DNA of 64,000 nucleotides from Acidobacteriota bacterium (GCA_040005235.1 JBDTZG010000017.1:1-64000), one strand, 5' to 3'. Positions 1-10,143 are shown, counted from the stretch's first letter. A program made the numbers and translations. Notes: generated by a model not told the origin, from the sequence alone.

Positions 1-2
1 CC

Positions 3-185
3 ATCCGCCTCCGCTCGGCCGAAGAGGCGGTCCGCCGCATGCCTCCAGGACCCGAGGCCGCCGAGCGCGCAGGACGCGCAGCGGCGGATGCCGTCGAGCC
101 GATCGACGACGTCCGTTCGACGGCCGACTACCGACGCTTCGCGCTCGAACGGGTGGTGCGGCGGCTGGTGCTCGGGCTTCGGTAG
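3..185 (+). CDS. C-terminal end of a xanthine/CO dehydrogenase family FAD-binding subunit (partial, runs off the window start)
   Basis: My translation ends ...AVEPIDDVRSTADYRRFALERVVRRLVLGLR*. PIDD-R-S-A-YR is the typical C-terminal motif of XdhB/CoxM flavoprotein subunits, and the purine-catabolism context fits. Confidence 0.7.
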   Translation: MRLRSAEEAVRRMPPGPEAAERAGRAAADAVEPIDDVRSTADYRRFALERVVRRLVLGLR

Positions 186-210
186 ATCTCGGTAGATCAA
201 GGACATCGCC

Positions 211-1569
211 ATGCCGACCACCCTCAACGCCGACGACCTCCGCGCCACGCTCGACCGCTTGAGTACAGCGAACCTCGCTCTCTCCCGCAGCCATCCCGGC
301 GACTCGGGGAAGCGCCAGCCGGTGCATACGGTCTACGGCGGCGCGCACCTATTCAAAGCCGAAGGGGCGGCGAAGCTCGGCGCGATCGCCTTGCGCTCTC
401 TGGAAGAGTACGCCCCGACTCCCGCCGATCTCGCCGAGGCGCTGGGCCTGCCCGAAGCGCTCGCCGGGGTGATCCACGGACGCGTGGCCGAGAAGCTCGC
501 CCGCGAGCCGGTCGAAGACTTCCGCGCCGATTTCGAGGACGGCTACGGCAACCGGCCGGACGAAGAGGAGGACGGCCACGCCGAATCCGCCGCGCGCGAG
601 ATGGCCGCGGGGCTCAGGGCGGGGACGCTCCCTCCGTTCATCGGCATTCGCATCAAGCCGTTCAATGAGGAGCTGCGTGTACGGTCGCTGCGCACCCTCG
701 ATCTGTTCGTCTCGACGCTGGTCCGGGAGACCGGCGGACGGCTGCCGGACAACTTTGTGGTCACGCTCCCCAAGGTGACGATCCCTGAGCAGGTGGCTGC
801 CCTCGCCGACGTGTTCGATCTTCTGGAGCCCGCTCTCGGGATTGCGCCGGGGTCGCTACGGCTGGAGATCATGATCGAGACGACTTCGGCGATCCTCGGA
901 GAAGACGGCCGGTCGAGGCTGCCGCTGCTTTCCGCCGCGGCGCGGGGACGGTGCGCCGCCGTCCATTTCGGGACTTACGACTACACGGCCTCGTGCGACA
1001 TCACCGCCGCCGAGCAGCGGATGGACCACCCAGCCTGCGACTTCGCGCTGCACATGATGAAGGTCGCCTACGCCGGCACGGGGCTCTGGCTTTCAAACGG
1101 CGCCACCAACGTCCTACCGGTGGCGCCGCACCGAGCGACCCCGGGCGGCCCGCCTCTCACCCCCGCCGAAAGGCAAGAAAACCGCGCCGTCGTCCACCGG
1201 GCCTGGCGTCTGCACGCCGAGCACACGCGCCACTCGTTGATCAACGCGTTCTACCAGGGCTGGGATCTTCATCCTGCCCAGCTCGTGCCGCGCTACGCCA
1301 CGGTTTACGCCTTCTTTCTCGAAGGGCTCGATGCGGCATCCAACCGCCTGCACAACTTCATGAAGAAAGCCGCCCAGGCGACCCTGGTGGGCGACATCTT
1401 CGACGACGCCGCGACCGGCCAAGGCCTGCTCAACTTCTTCCTGCGAGCCATGAGCTGCGGCGCGATCTCAGAGGCGGATACTCTTGAGAAATCGGGGCTG
1501 ACGCTCGAAGAGTTGCGCAGCCGGTCGTTCGTCAAGATTCTGGCCGGGCGCGGGAAGAGTAGGCTTTAG
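211..1569 (+). CDS. HpcH/HpaI aldolase / citrate-lyase-like family protein (DUF6986-like)
   Basis: 452 aa; RQPVHTVYGGAHLF, DFRADFEDGYG, TLPKVT, EIMIET, HFGTYDY and QGWDLHPAQL motifs of a CitE/malate-synthase-like TIM barrel; AAGGA RBS upstream. Confidence 0.75.
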   Translation: MPTTLNADDLRATLDRLSTANLALSRSHPGDSGKRQPVHTVYGGAHLFKAEGAAKLGAIALRSLEEYAPTPADLAEALGLPEALAGVIHGRVAEKLAREPVEDFRADFEDGYGNRPDEEEDGHAESAAREMAAGLRAGTLPPFIGIRIKPFNEELRVRSLRTLDLFVSTLVRETGGRLPDNFVVTLPKVTIPEQVAALADVFDLLEPALGIAPGSLRLEIMIETTSAILGEDGRSRLPLLSAAARGRCAAVHFGTYDYTASCDITAAEQRMDHPACDFALHMMKVAYAGTGLWLSNGATNVLPVAPHRATPGGPPLTPAERQENRAVVHRAWRLHAEHTRHSLINAFYQGWDLHPAQLVPRYATVYAFFLEGLDAASNRLHNFMKKAAQATLVGDIFDDAATGQGLLNFFLRAMSCGAISEADTLEKSGLTLEELRSRSFVKILAGRGKSRL

Positions 1570-1871
1570 GGCTCTTCCTCGGCGAGGGTTTTTTCGCGGA
1601 AGTGCCGGACAGCTACAACAGTGATCGTCTGAGTTCCCTCTTCGACTTGATAGACCGTGATGTAACTTCCAACCACGAGCCTACGAAGGGAGGAATCGAT
1701 TTCTTCTGACAATCGGCGGCCGAGCTGTGGAAAATCTGAAAGCACCTTCACGCGGTCGAAAAGATCTTCGATCACTCGCCTCGCGACGGCCGGGCTCTCC
1801 TCTGCGATGAAGTCGAACAACTGGGCCGCCCGATCCAAAGCGGAATCGGACCAAAGAACACGAAAGCTCAC
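1566..1871 (-). CDS. Type II TA toxin, RelE/ParE family
   Basis: 101 aa; V-W-S-D-S-A N-terminus, L-S-D-F-P-Q-L-G-R, Y-I-T-V-Y, V-R-H; overlaps the upstream antitoxin by 4 nt; visibly lower GC than neighbours. Confidence 0.85.
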   Translation of the reverse strand: MSFRVLWSDSALDRAAQLFDFIAEESPAVARRVIEDLFDRVKVLSDFPQLGRRLSEEIDSSLRRLVVGSYITVYQVEEGTQTITVVAVRHFREKTLAEEEP

Positions 1872-2155
1872 TGAGCGTATCGAGATAACAGTCGCGCACG
1901 CGCCTCTTCGTGAGGCACCACTCTTCCAGCACGGATGTCCGCTAAACCGCGATGGACATCTCGAAGCAGATCAATCTCTTCTAAGAGAATCCGGTAGCTG
2001 TCGATATCGACGAGTACCGCGGTATCCCTCCCCTGCTCTGTAAGCACTACAGGGCGTCGGGTATCCTGAACACGTTTAATTAGTCCTGCGGCCTGGGACT
2101 GCAACTCATCGACAGGGTGGCTGTCTTCAATCAGGTCGTACCGAATGCGGGCCAT
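1868..2155 (-). CDS. Type II TA antitoxin, Phd/YefM family
   Basis: RRPVVLTEQGRDTAVLVDIDSY core and GLADIRAGRVVPHEE tail; directly upstream of the RelE/ParE gene. Alternative GTG start at 2161. Confidence 0.85.
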   Translation of the reverse strand: MARIRYDLIEDSHPVDELQSQAAGLIKRVQDTRRPVVLTEQGRDTAVLVDIDSYRILLEEIDLLRDVHRGLADIRAGRVVPHEEARARLLSRYAQ

Positions 2156-2192
2156 GGACACCTCACCAATTTCTCTAGGATAACATTCTCCA

Positions 2193-3038
2193 TCAAACCC
2201 GCCGAAGCGTCGCCTCGATCAAGCCGTACGGCTCGCTCGTCGCGACGAAGATCTCGTTTCGATTCTCCAGCCCGAACGGCGTCAGATCCACCGGAATGTG
2301 GTGCCGGTTGGGCATCGTGAGGTGGATCTCCTCGACGTCCTTCAACCCTTCGAGAACTGCCTCGCCCATCGCATAGAGCGTGTGCTGCACGGAGCGGCTC
2401 TCGTGCTCGGCGAAGGTTTCGAGCAGGATGCGCCGGACTTCACTCCATAGAGGCCCAAAGGCGACGTCCGGGCGTGCGTAGCTCCACGAGGCAGAAAGGG
2501 CGGTCGCGAGCAGGCGGTCGGCGGTTTCTTTGAGCGTCGTGAAACGGTCGCGCGGGAAACCTTCGAAGGCCGATTTCGCGGTCTTCATCACTACCAGCTC
2601 TTCGATTCCCGCCGTGATGCTCACCCTGTCCGCGGTGCGCGAGATGACTGCGGTTCTCTTCTCAGCGCCGGCTCGGCGAAAAGCGCGAGGATGCGGCGCG
2701 CCGCCGCTTTCGATCCGCTCCCACAGGTGCTCCACCAGCTCAACACGGGCGCTCGACACGTGGGGATCGGTTTTGATCAGGTGATCCGACAGGACGAGGC
2801 CGAAGTCCTCGACGTCCTCGAACGGATGCTCCGCCGCCAGGCCGTAGACGGTGTTCTTCATCGTATCGGTCGCGACCACGCCCGCGTTATCTCCTTCCGT
2901 GTAGGCCGCGGCGAAGTCCCCTTCAAGGCGGATCGCGAGGGTGACGTCTTTTAGCTCGTGGCGATCCGGTCCGCGCCGGACGGTCACGAGGCGGACGCCA
3001 GATTTGCCGTAACCATTTCCAGAAATCGTGACGGCCAT
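2193..3038 (-). CDS. pucL: Urate oxidase (uricase)
   Basis: YGKSGVR, VATDTMKNTVY, KTAKSAFEGF, SVQHTLY, MPNRHH and PYGLIEAT uricase motifs. Confidence 0.95.
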   Translation of the reverse strand: MAVTISGNGYGKSGVRLVTVRRGPDRHELKDVTLAIRLEGDFAAAYTEGDNAGVVATDTMKNTVYGLAAEHPFEDVEDFGLVLSDHLIKTDPHVSSARVELVEHLWERIESGGAPHPRAFRRAGAEKRTAVISRTADRVSITAGIEELVVMKTAKSAFEGFPRDRFTTLKETADRLLATALSASWSYARPDVAFGPLWSEVRRILLETFAEHESRSVQHTLYAMGEAVLEGLKDVEEIHLTMPNRHHIPVDLTPFGLENRNEIFVATSEPYGLIEATLRRV

Positions 3039-3042
3039 CGAA

Positions 3043-3384
3043 TCAGCTCCCTCGGTAGGTCGAGTATCCGAACGGGCTCAACAGCAGCGGCACGTGGTGA
3101 TGCTCGTTTGCATCTCGCACGTCGAACACGATCGAGGCCTCCGGATAGAAGCCTTCGATGCCCAGCGCGCGAAAGTAATCACCGGTCGAAAACGTGAGCC
3201 GGTAGGTTCCAGTGACGAGCGCGCTCCCTTCGGGTAACAACCGACGGGCCCGGCCGTCTGGATCGGTCGCGCCGCGCCCGAGCGCGCGCCACCCCTCTTC
3301 GGTGCGGATCTCCAGCGTAATGGCCACACCCTCGGCCGGTTTGCCGCGGGCGGTGTCGAGCACGTGGGTGGTGATGGCGCTCAT
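3043..3384 (-). CDS. uraH: 5-hydroxyisourate hydrolase (transthyretin-like)
   Basis: True start MSAITTHVLDTARGKPA (ATGA overlap with the upstream stop); HVPLLLSPFGYSTYRGS C-terminal signature. Confidence 0.95.
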   Translation of the reverse strand: MSAITTHVLDTARGKPAEGVAITLEIRTEEGWRALGRGATDPDGRARRLLPEGSALVTGTYRLTFSTGDYFRALGIEGFYPEASIVFDVRDANEHHHVPLLLSPFGYSTYRGS

Positions 3385-3869
3385 GATTCGGCTTTCAGGA
3401 TACGCAACCGCGTGATCCTCTGCTGTTCCTCGGCCGCGATGCGCAGCTCCGTGTCGGGATCGTTGCCTAAGCGAGAGCGCAGCAGGCCGAGCATCTCCGT
3501 GGCGCTCTTGCCCGTCGCGCAGACGATGAAGATGTAACCGAAGCGCTCGGCGTAAGCGCGGTTGGCGTCCGCCAGGTCCGCGAGGATGACCTCTTCTGTG
3601 GATTCGACGCCGGCCTGCTCCTGCTCCGACCAACGGCGGAACTGGGCGTCCCCGGCGGTCTTCTTTTCGCCGATCTGTGGATGTGCCGCAAACGCCTCCC
3701 GCCAATCTTCCTTAGCGAGGCTCCACCAGGTTCGATCCGCCGCTTCGAGCAAGAACTCGGCGTCGGCGTACGGCCGGCCCTCGATCATTCGCCGCGCCCA
3801 GGCCCGCGAGCCGCAGCAAGCGAGGAACGCCGCCTCGGCCTCGGTCGGCGGCAGGTCGTTCAGCTTCAC
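3381..3869 (-). CDS. uraD: OHCU decarboxylase
   Basis: GTG start overlapping the allantoicase stop; CCGS..W, AFAAHPQIG, SEQEQAG, NRAYAERFGYIFIVCATG, EQQRITRLR. Confidence 0.93.
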   Translation of the reverse strand: MKLNDLPPTEAEAAFLACCGSRAWARRMIEGRPYADAEFLLEAADRTWWSLAKEDWREAFAAHPQIGEKKTAGDAQFRRWSEQEQAGVESTEEVILADLADANRAYAERFGYIFIVCATGKSATEMLGLLRSRLGNDPDTELRIAAEEQQRITRLRILKAES

Positions 3870-4849
3870 TCCGCAATCCTGCCGAACAAGCGCAGCCGGG
3901 CGACGCCGCCATCCGGGTAGATGCTCAAGCGGACATGCGTGACCGGCCCGTCCGCCGCGAGGTCGTCGAACAGGTGCCGGGTGTGGGGACGCAACGGCGT
4001 CTTCGGCAGGATCTCGCGCCAGCCCCCGAGTGCTTCGGCCGTCGGCTCGTCCGAGGCATCGCAACCTTCCAAGACGCAGCTGCCCGGCGCGTTTCCCTTG
4101 AAGTGGGACGTATCCACCTCGGCGCTTTCGATGCGTCCGCGCCGGCCGAGGCGGACGATCGCCCAATCGTGACCCGGCCCGCGGCGGCGCTGGGTCTCCC
4201 AGCCATCGTGCATGCCGAGCGAGGGTCCGGGAAGGATCAGGTTGTGCCGATTACCGAAGAACATGTCGCTGCACGCAAGCACTCGGCCGCCGTTCTCCAC
4301 TCCCGCGAGGTCGATCTCGCCGTGACGGCTCAAGCGCTCCCAATCCGGGACCACCTCGCCGTGAACGCGCAGGCGCGCGACGCCGCCGTCCGGATAGATG
4401 TTCAAGCGGAGATGGGTCGCTCTTCTGGGGGCGCTCCGGAGCACGAAGGCGTTCGGCGAGTTCCCTTCGAGCGGCGAGAGCGGCAGGATCTCCTGCCATT
4501 CGGCAACGACCAGATCCATCGGAGCGGGAAACCCCTCGACGACCGCGGCGTCGATCGAGCACGACTCGGGATAGTTGCCGCGAAAGTGTCGAGTGTCCAC
4601 CACTACGCCGCGCGGAATGCCGGGCAGGCCGAGCCGGAGGATCGCCCAATCGTGCCCCGGCTCGCGGCGCCGCCGGGTCTCCCAGCCGTCCATCCACTTA
4701 CCGACATCGGTGTATCGGCCTTCGATGAACACCGCCTCGGCGGCTATGAGGAGGTTCTCCTTCGGTGCGAAGAATTCGTCGTTCGCCGCGAGCACGGCAC
4801 CACCGAGTCGCTCGGCCGCCAGATCCACGAGGTCGGTAAAGTCGGTCAT
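3866..4849 (-). CDS. alc: Allantoicase
   Basis: Two repeats of DGWETxRRR-x-PGHDW and L-x-IYPDGGVARLR; start placed at MTDFTDL just after the allB stop. Confidence 0.95.
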   Translation of the reverse strand: MTDFTDLVDLAAERLGGAVLAANDEFFAPKENLLIAAEAVFIEGRYTDVGKWMDGWETRRRREPGHDWAILRLGLPGIPRGVVVDTRHFRGNYPESCSIDAAVVEGFPAPMDLVVAEWQEILPLSPLEGNSPNAFVLRSAPRRATHLRLNIYPDGGVARLRVHGEVVPDWERLSRHGEIDLAGVENGGRVLACSDMFFGNRHNLILPGPSLGMHDGWETQRRRGPGHDWAIVRLGRRGRIESAEVDTSHFKGNAPGSCVLEGCDASDEPTAEALGGWREILPKTPLRPHTRHLFDDLAADGPVTHVRLSIYPDGGVARLRLFGRIAE

Positions 4850-4853
4850 CCGG

Positions 4854-6257
4854 TCATCGTCCTTGCCCGTGGAGAGGTCTGCCGATAGGTCGATCGAGAA
4901 AAGCGTCACCATCGTAAACCGTTTTGCCGCGCAGAAGCGTCGAACGGATCATGCCGTACAGCTCTCGCCCGGCATACGGCGTGAGCTTGTGGCGGTGGTG
5001 AAGCGCCGCGGGGTCGATCGTCCGTCGCTCTTCAGGATCCCAGATCACCAGATCCGCGTCCTGCCCCGGCGCGATCGATCCCTTGCGGTCCTCGATTCCG
5101 GCGAGCCGGGCCGGCGCCGCGCACATCCAGGTCGCTAGATCGGAGATCGAGAAACCTCTCTCGCGGGCGCCGGTCCAGACCGCGGGCAAGGTCACCTGGA
5201 GGGACGCGATCCCGCCCCAGGCGGCACGGAAATCCCCGGTGCCGATCGCTTTGAGATCCGGCGGGCTCGGCGAGTGGTCGGTCGCGACCAGATCGATCTC
5301 CCGCGCGGCGAGCGCCCGCCAGAGGGCATCCCGCTCGGCCCGCCCGCGGATCGGCGGCGCGCATTTGAAGGCCGTGGCGCCGTCTTCGATTTCCTCGGCG
5401 CAAAAAGTCAGGTAATGAGGGCAGGTCTCGGCGGTGATCGGCAGCCCTTCGGCGCGGGCCGCACGCAACAGCGGCAGCACCTCGGACGTCGCCAGATGGA
5501 CGATGTGGACGCGGCACCCCGTCTCGCGGACCAGGCGCGACACCAACAAGAACGCTTCGACCTCCGCCGCGGCGGGTCGCGAACGGAGCCATCGGTCGTA
5601 TTGCCGCAGCTCGGCCGGACCGGCGCCGTTCCACACCCCGGAAGCTGCCTCGATCGGTCCCGGCAGCTCGGCATGAACCAGCAGCACGGCCCCATGCCGC
5701 GCCAGCTCGGTCATAGCCGGCCGCAGCTCGGCCTCCCCCACGCCGGGAAACTCGTCAACCCCGGACGGCACCAGAAACGCTTTGAATCCCAGGACGCCGT
5801 CCGCGATCAGCCCGGAGATCTCCGCCGGGTCGTGCGCGTTGCCGGGGACGATGCCGCCCCAAAGGCCGACGTCCACATGGCATTTCCCCTCGGCGGCCCG
5901 GAGCTTCTCGGCGAACGCCGCGCGCGTGGTCGTCGCGGGGACGCTGTTAAGCGGCATGTCCACGAGAGTCGTCACTCCCCCGGCAGCGGCCGCGCGGGTT
6001 GCGGTTTCGAACCCCTCCCAATCGGTCCGCCCCGGTTCGTTGATATGCACGTGCGTGTCGACGATCCCCGGCATCACCACATTCTTGCCGGCCTCAAGAA
6101 TCAGGACGTCGTCCGATCCCACCGCCGCGAAAGGCGCCAATCGCACGATCCGCCCGTCGCGAATATGGATCGAAGCGGAGATCTCGCCTTCGGGCGTGAC
6201 CACCCGGTGGCCGCGCACGATGAGATCGCTGGGATCGATGGGATCGGGAGAATTCAT
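4854..6257 (-). CDS. allB: Allantoinase
   Basis: PGIVDTHVHINEPGRTDWEGF, DMPLNS, ETCPHYL, FKCAPPIR, TDHSP, WGGIASLQ. Confidence 0.93.
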   Translation of the reverse strand: MNSPDPIDPSDLIVRGHRVVTPEGEISASIHIRDGRIVRLAPFAAVGSDDVLILEAGKNVVMPGIVDTHVHINEPGRTDWEGFETATRAAAAGGVTTLVDMPLNSVPATTTRAAFAEKLRAAEGKCHVDVGLWGGIVPGNAHDPAEISGLIADGVLGFKAFLVPSGVDEFPGVGEAELRPAMTELARHGAVLLVHAELPGPIEAASGVWNGAGPAELRQYDRWLRSRPAAAEVEAFLLVSRLVRETGCRVHIVHLATSEVLPLLRAARAEGLPITAETCPHYLTFCAEEIEDGATAFKCAPPIRGRAERDALWRALAAREIDLVATDHSPSPPDLKAIGTGDFRAAWGGIASLQVTLPAVWTGARERGFSISDLATWMCAAPARLAGIEDRKGSIAPGQDADLVIWDPEERRTIDPAALHHRHKLTPYAGRELYGMIRSTLLRGKTVYDGDAFLDRPIGRPLHGQGR

Positions 6258-6302
6258 CGGAGCGCGACGAGACTATAGGATCGGGCGGACGTGGAAAATG
6301 CG

Positions 6303-7679
6303 ATGACGCCTATCGATCTTCCCCTGCTGATTCAGGGTGGCACCGTCCTGACCCTCGATCCGGCAGCCACGGTCCTGCCCGGCGCAGACGTGCTCATCGA
6401 TGGCGGCAACATCGTCGCGGTGGGCCGCGTACCGGAGCCGCCGCCGGGAACGAGAGTCCTGGACGTCTCCGGCTGCTTCGTGCTCCCCGGCCTGATTCAA
6501 GGGCATCTCCATCTCGGACAGACGTTCTTCCGCGGTCTCGGCGAAGGACGGCGGCTTCTCGCTTGGCTGCGCGAGCGGATCTGGCCGCTCGAAGCGGCGC
6601 ACGACGACGAGAGCGCGTACTGGTGCGGAATGCTCGGCGCGGTCGAGTGTCTGCTCGGCGGCACCACGACGATCCAGGACATCGGGATCGGGCCGGGCGC
6701 GCCGGGGCTGCTCAAGGCGATCGCGGATTCCGGCCTCCGCGCCTTCGCCGGTCAGTGTCTGATGGATGGCGGCGACGGGCTCCCCGCCGCGATGCGGGGC
6801 GAAACGGATGCGGTGCTCGCCTCGACCGAAGCGCTGGGCGACCGCTTCGAAAGCGCCGCGAGAGGCGAGCGGCGACCGCGCCTCCGCTATCTGCTCAATC
6901 CGCGCTTCATCCTCACCTGCTCCGATCCTCTTTGGGCGGGAATCCGCGCTCTCTCTCTACGCCGCGGCTGGCCGGTGCATACCCACGCCCTGGAGCAGCG
7001 GGACGAAACGCTCGCGGTGCGCGAGATCAAGAACGGCCGCGACGAGATCGAATACTTCGCGGAGCAGGGCGTGCTCTCGACCGATCTGCGGCTCGCCCAC
7101 GGCGTTTGGATCACGCCTGAGCACCTGAAGCGGGTCTGCACCCACCGCTTCAGCGTCGTCCACTGCCCCAGCTCGAACCTGAAGCTCGGCTCGGGCGTCG
7201 CCGACCTGCTGGCTATCCGGAGAGCGGGAGTGCCGGTCGGCATCGGCACCGACGGCGCGGCGTGCAGCAATCAGCTCGACAACTTCGCCGAGGTCCGCCT
7301 GGCAGCCCTGCTCCAGAAAGTCAAGCACGGCCCCGACGCCTTCTCCGGCCTGGACGCACTCCGCCTCGCCACCTCCGAAGGAGCCAAGGCCCTCAACCTC
7401 GACGCCGAGATCGGCACGATCGAAATCGGCAAAGCCGCCGACCTCGTCGTCCTCGCCGCCCCGACAGCCGGTCATCCCGAGCTGTGGGGCGCGCCCCAAG
7501 CCGACCCCCACGACCTCGTCGCCTTCGGAGCCAGCCGCGGCACAGTGCGCCACGTGGTGGTCGACGGCCAACTGCTGGTCGAAGACGGCCGGCCTACGAA
7601 GCTCGACGCCGAAGAGATCTTCCGGGAGAGCGAGCGGTGCCTGGCGTCGCTGATTCGGCGGTCGGGGGTGGAGCTTTGA
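6303..7679 (+). CDS. Amidohydrolase-superfamily purine/nucleoside deaminase (TRZ/ATZ, 5'-deoxyadenosine-deaminase-like)
   Basis: PGLIQGHLHLGQT (HxH), HTHALE (HxxE), AHGVW, HCPSSNLKLGSG, GTDG; divergent from allB. Confidence 0.8.
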   Translation: MTPIDLPLLIQGGTVLTLDPAATVLPGADVLIDGGNIVAVGRVPEPPPGTRVLDVSGCFVLPGLIQGHLHLGQTFFRGLGEGRRLLAWLRERIWPLEAAHDDESAYWCGMLGAVECLLGGTTTIQDIGIGPGAPGLLKAIADSGLRAFAGQCLMDGGDGLPAAMRGETDAVLASTEALGDRFESAARGERRPRLRYLLNPRFILTCSDPLWAGIRALSLRRGWPVHTHALEQRDETLAVREIKNGRDEIEYFAEQGVLSTDLRLAHGVWITPEHLKRVCTHRFSVVHCPSSNLKLGSGVADLLAIRRAGVPVGIGTDGAACSNQLDNFAEVRLAALLQKVKHGPDAFSGLDALRLATSEGAKALNLDAEIGTIEIGKAADLVVLAAPTAGHPELWGAPQADPHDLVAFGASRGTVRHVVVDGQLLVEDGRPTKLDAEEIFRESERCLASLIRRSGVEL

Positions 7680-7812
7680 GTGCTTCCCCTCAGCAGGCAA
7701 TCTCCACCGATGGGTCGTAGCAATCCCCCTGGAACGTGTAGCCCGCCGGGCAGGCCAACAGGCGCGCCCCGTCTCGGGGAGGAAAAGCCCGCAGCTACGG
7801 TGCGGGCCGCGC

Positions 7813-10050
7813 CTACTGCACCACCGCCAGCCGCGTGATCGGCGGCAGGCAGCGGTTCTCGTCGCAGGCTTGATAGGTGAGCATCAGGCGGGCGCCCTCG
7901 GCGTCCTGGTGCAGCTCGCCCGTGATCTCCACCGTCCCGTCGTAGATCGAGTGCGGCCCGTCGCCGTAGGCCATCTTCACTTCGCGGCCCGCCGGATAGA
8001 CGATCTCCTGGAGGCGCGCGCCCTCCGCTTCGATCAGCGTGGGAACGAGAAAATCCGCGCTCGCGGGGTTGGCGTTCAGGTGCCATCCCTCTTCGATCAT
8101 CAAGATCAGGGCGAACTTCCGCCAACCGTCGACCCGCGGCTCGGACAGCTCGAACCGCGGCTGGACCAGGCGCTCGGCCTGGCTCGCCAGCTCTTCGAAG
8201 GAGGGACCGACCGGGTCGTCGCCCGGAATCTCCGCCGAGAGGCGCCAGTAGCGGCGAGCGGCGACCGCCGTCGATTTCACTCCTTCCGGATGCTGCGAGA
8301 CGAGCGACGCGACGCTCGAAAGAGCGCTCCGCGCCGCGTCCAGATAGGTGCGGTCGGCGGTCTGCTCGAACAAGCCGAGCAAGTTGTCTATCGCGATCGC
8401 ATTGCTGGCGGGAAGCGCGCCGTCGAACACGTCCTTCGAGCGGAACAACACGTCGTCGCTCTCTGCGCTGGTGTAGTAGCCGCCGTTCGGATCACCGAGC
8501 CGGGCGGTCTGTTCGGCGGTTAGCTCGCGCGCGGAATCGAGCCAGCGCGCCTCGCCGGTCGCCGAATGAAGCGCGAGCAGGCCGTGGACGAAAAACGCGT
8601 AATCGGAGAGAAACGCCGGGATTTTCGCTACACCTTCCCGCCAGGCGTGATGGAGCGTGCCGTCCGGCCGCGGGCTCCCCAGCACGAACTCGGCGGCGCG
8701 GGCGGCGGCGGCCACCAGACCGGGTTCCTTGAGCAGCTCGCCCGCGACCGCGAGGCCCGCGATCGCCGTGCCGTTCCAATCGGTGAGGATCTTGTCGTCG
8801 GTCGCGGGGCGCTTGCGTTCCGCGCGGGCGGCAAACAGCTTCTCGCGCGCCGGGCCGATCTCGCCGAGCAGCTCGGAGATCGGCATCCGCCGCCGCCCCG
8901 CCACCTCCTCGAACGACAGCGGCTGATGGAGCACGTAGTGCGTCTCTTCGAAGAACGGCGGCCGGTCGAAGCCGTAGAGCGGCGCCAGAAAAGGCGTGTC
9001 CTCGCGGCCAAGAACGGCCTCCAGCTCTCCCCGGGTCCAGACGTAGAAGGCGCCCTCGTGGCCGTCGGTTTCGGCGTCCACCGCGCTCCAGAACGCCCCT
9101 TCGGGGGAGGTCATCTCGCGGGCCAGGAACGCCGCCGTCTCGCGCACCACGCGCGCTGCCTGCGGATCGCCCGTGCGAGCGTGCTCGCGGGCGTAGATCT
9201 CTAAAAGAAGCCCGTTGTCGTAGAGCATCTTTTCGAAATGCGGGATCTTCCACTCGCGGTCGGTGGCGTAGCGGTGGAAGCCGCCGCCGATCTGGTCGTA
9301 GATCCCGCCGCGCGCCATCTGGTCGAGGGTGAAAGCGAGCATTTTGCCCGCGGCGGGCATTTCCCCCGCCACCTCGGCCAGCAGATGGAGGTTCGACGGG
9401 CTGGGAAACTTCGGCGCGCCGCCGAATCCTCCCCAGGCGGGATCGAAGCGCTTTCCTTGAGATTCCGCGGCGCGCAGAGCGCCCACCGGCGCGGGAGGCG
9501 CGCCTGCCGGGGCGTTCCTCTGCTCCAGATAGCGGCGCATGGCGCCTTCCATCTCCACGCCTTGCGCGATCACGTCGTCGCGACGGGAAGCCCAGGCTTC
9601 CGCGAGCTGCGCGAGCACGGCGCGGAAGCTCGGCATTCCTTGACGATCCTCGGGCGGAAAATAGGTCCCGGCGTAAAACGGCAGCAGGTCGGGCGTCAAG
9701 AACACCGAGTTGGGCCACCCCCCCTGGCTGGTGAGGATCTGGGTGGCGGTCATGTAAATCTCGTCCAGCTCCGGGCGCTCTTCGCGGTCGAGCTTGATGT
9801 TGACGAATTTTTCGTTCATCAGCGCCGCGATCTTCGGATCGGTGAACGACTCCCGCTCCATGACGTGGCACCAGTAGCAGGTCGAATAACCGACCGAGAG
9901 AAAGATGGGCTTCTGCTCGGCTTTGGCGCGAGCGAGCGCCTCCGGCCCCCAGGGGTACCAGTCGACCGGGTTGTGGGCGTGGAGCAGAAGGTAGGGGCTC
10001 GACTCGCGGGCGAGTCGGTTCGTGGCGTGGGGAGCTGCGGACTCGGTCAT
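7813..10050 (-). CDS. YyaL/DUF255 thioredoxin-domain protein with a C-terminal DsbD-N-like domain
   Basis: [46 protein letters not shown]; C-terminal WHLNANPA...[12 protein letters not shown]. Confidence 0.88.
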   Translation of the reverse strand: MTESAAPHATNRLARESSPYLLLHAHNPVDWYPWGPEALARAKAEQKPIFLSVGYSTCYWCHVMERESFTDPKIAALMNEKFVNIKLDREERPELDEIYMTATQILTSQGGWPNSVFLTPDLLPFYAGTYFPPEDRQGMPSFRAVLAQLAEAWASRRDDVIAQGVEMEGAMRRYLEQRNAPAGAPPAPVGALRAAESQGKRFDPAWGGFGGAPKFPSPSNLHLLAEVAGEMPAAGKMLAFTLDQMARGGIYDQIGGGFHRYATDREWKIPHFEKMLYDNGLLLEIYAREHARTGDPQAARVVRETAAFLAREMTSPEGAFWSAVDAETDGHEGAFYVWTRGELEAVLGREDTPFLAPLYGFDRPPFFEETHYVLHQPLSFEEVAGRRRMPISELLGEIGPAREKLFAARAERKRPATDDKILTDWNGTAIAGLAVAGELLKEPGLVAAAARAAEFVLGSPRPDGTLHHAWREGVAKIPAFLSDYAFFVHGLLALHSATGEARWLDSARELTAEQTARLGDPNGGYYTSAESDDVLFRSKDVFDGALPASNAIAIDNLLGLFEQTADRTYLDAARSALSSVASLVSQHPEGVKSTAVAARRYWRLSAEIPGDDPVGPSFEELASQAERLVQPRFELSEPRVDGWRKFALILMIEEGWHLNANPASADFLVPTLIEAEGARLQEIVYPAGREVKMAYGDGPHSIYDGTVEITGELHQDAEGARLMLTYQACDENRCLPPITRLAVVQ

Positions 10051-10143
10051 CGGGTTCCTCTCGGCGAGAGGGGGCATTGTAGGCGAGAGCGGGGCCGGCG
10101 CGCCGCCCGCCGAAAGGCCCCATTCCTTCGCCGACTGTTCCGA

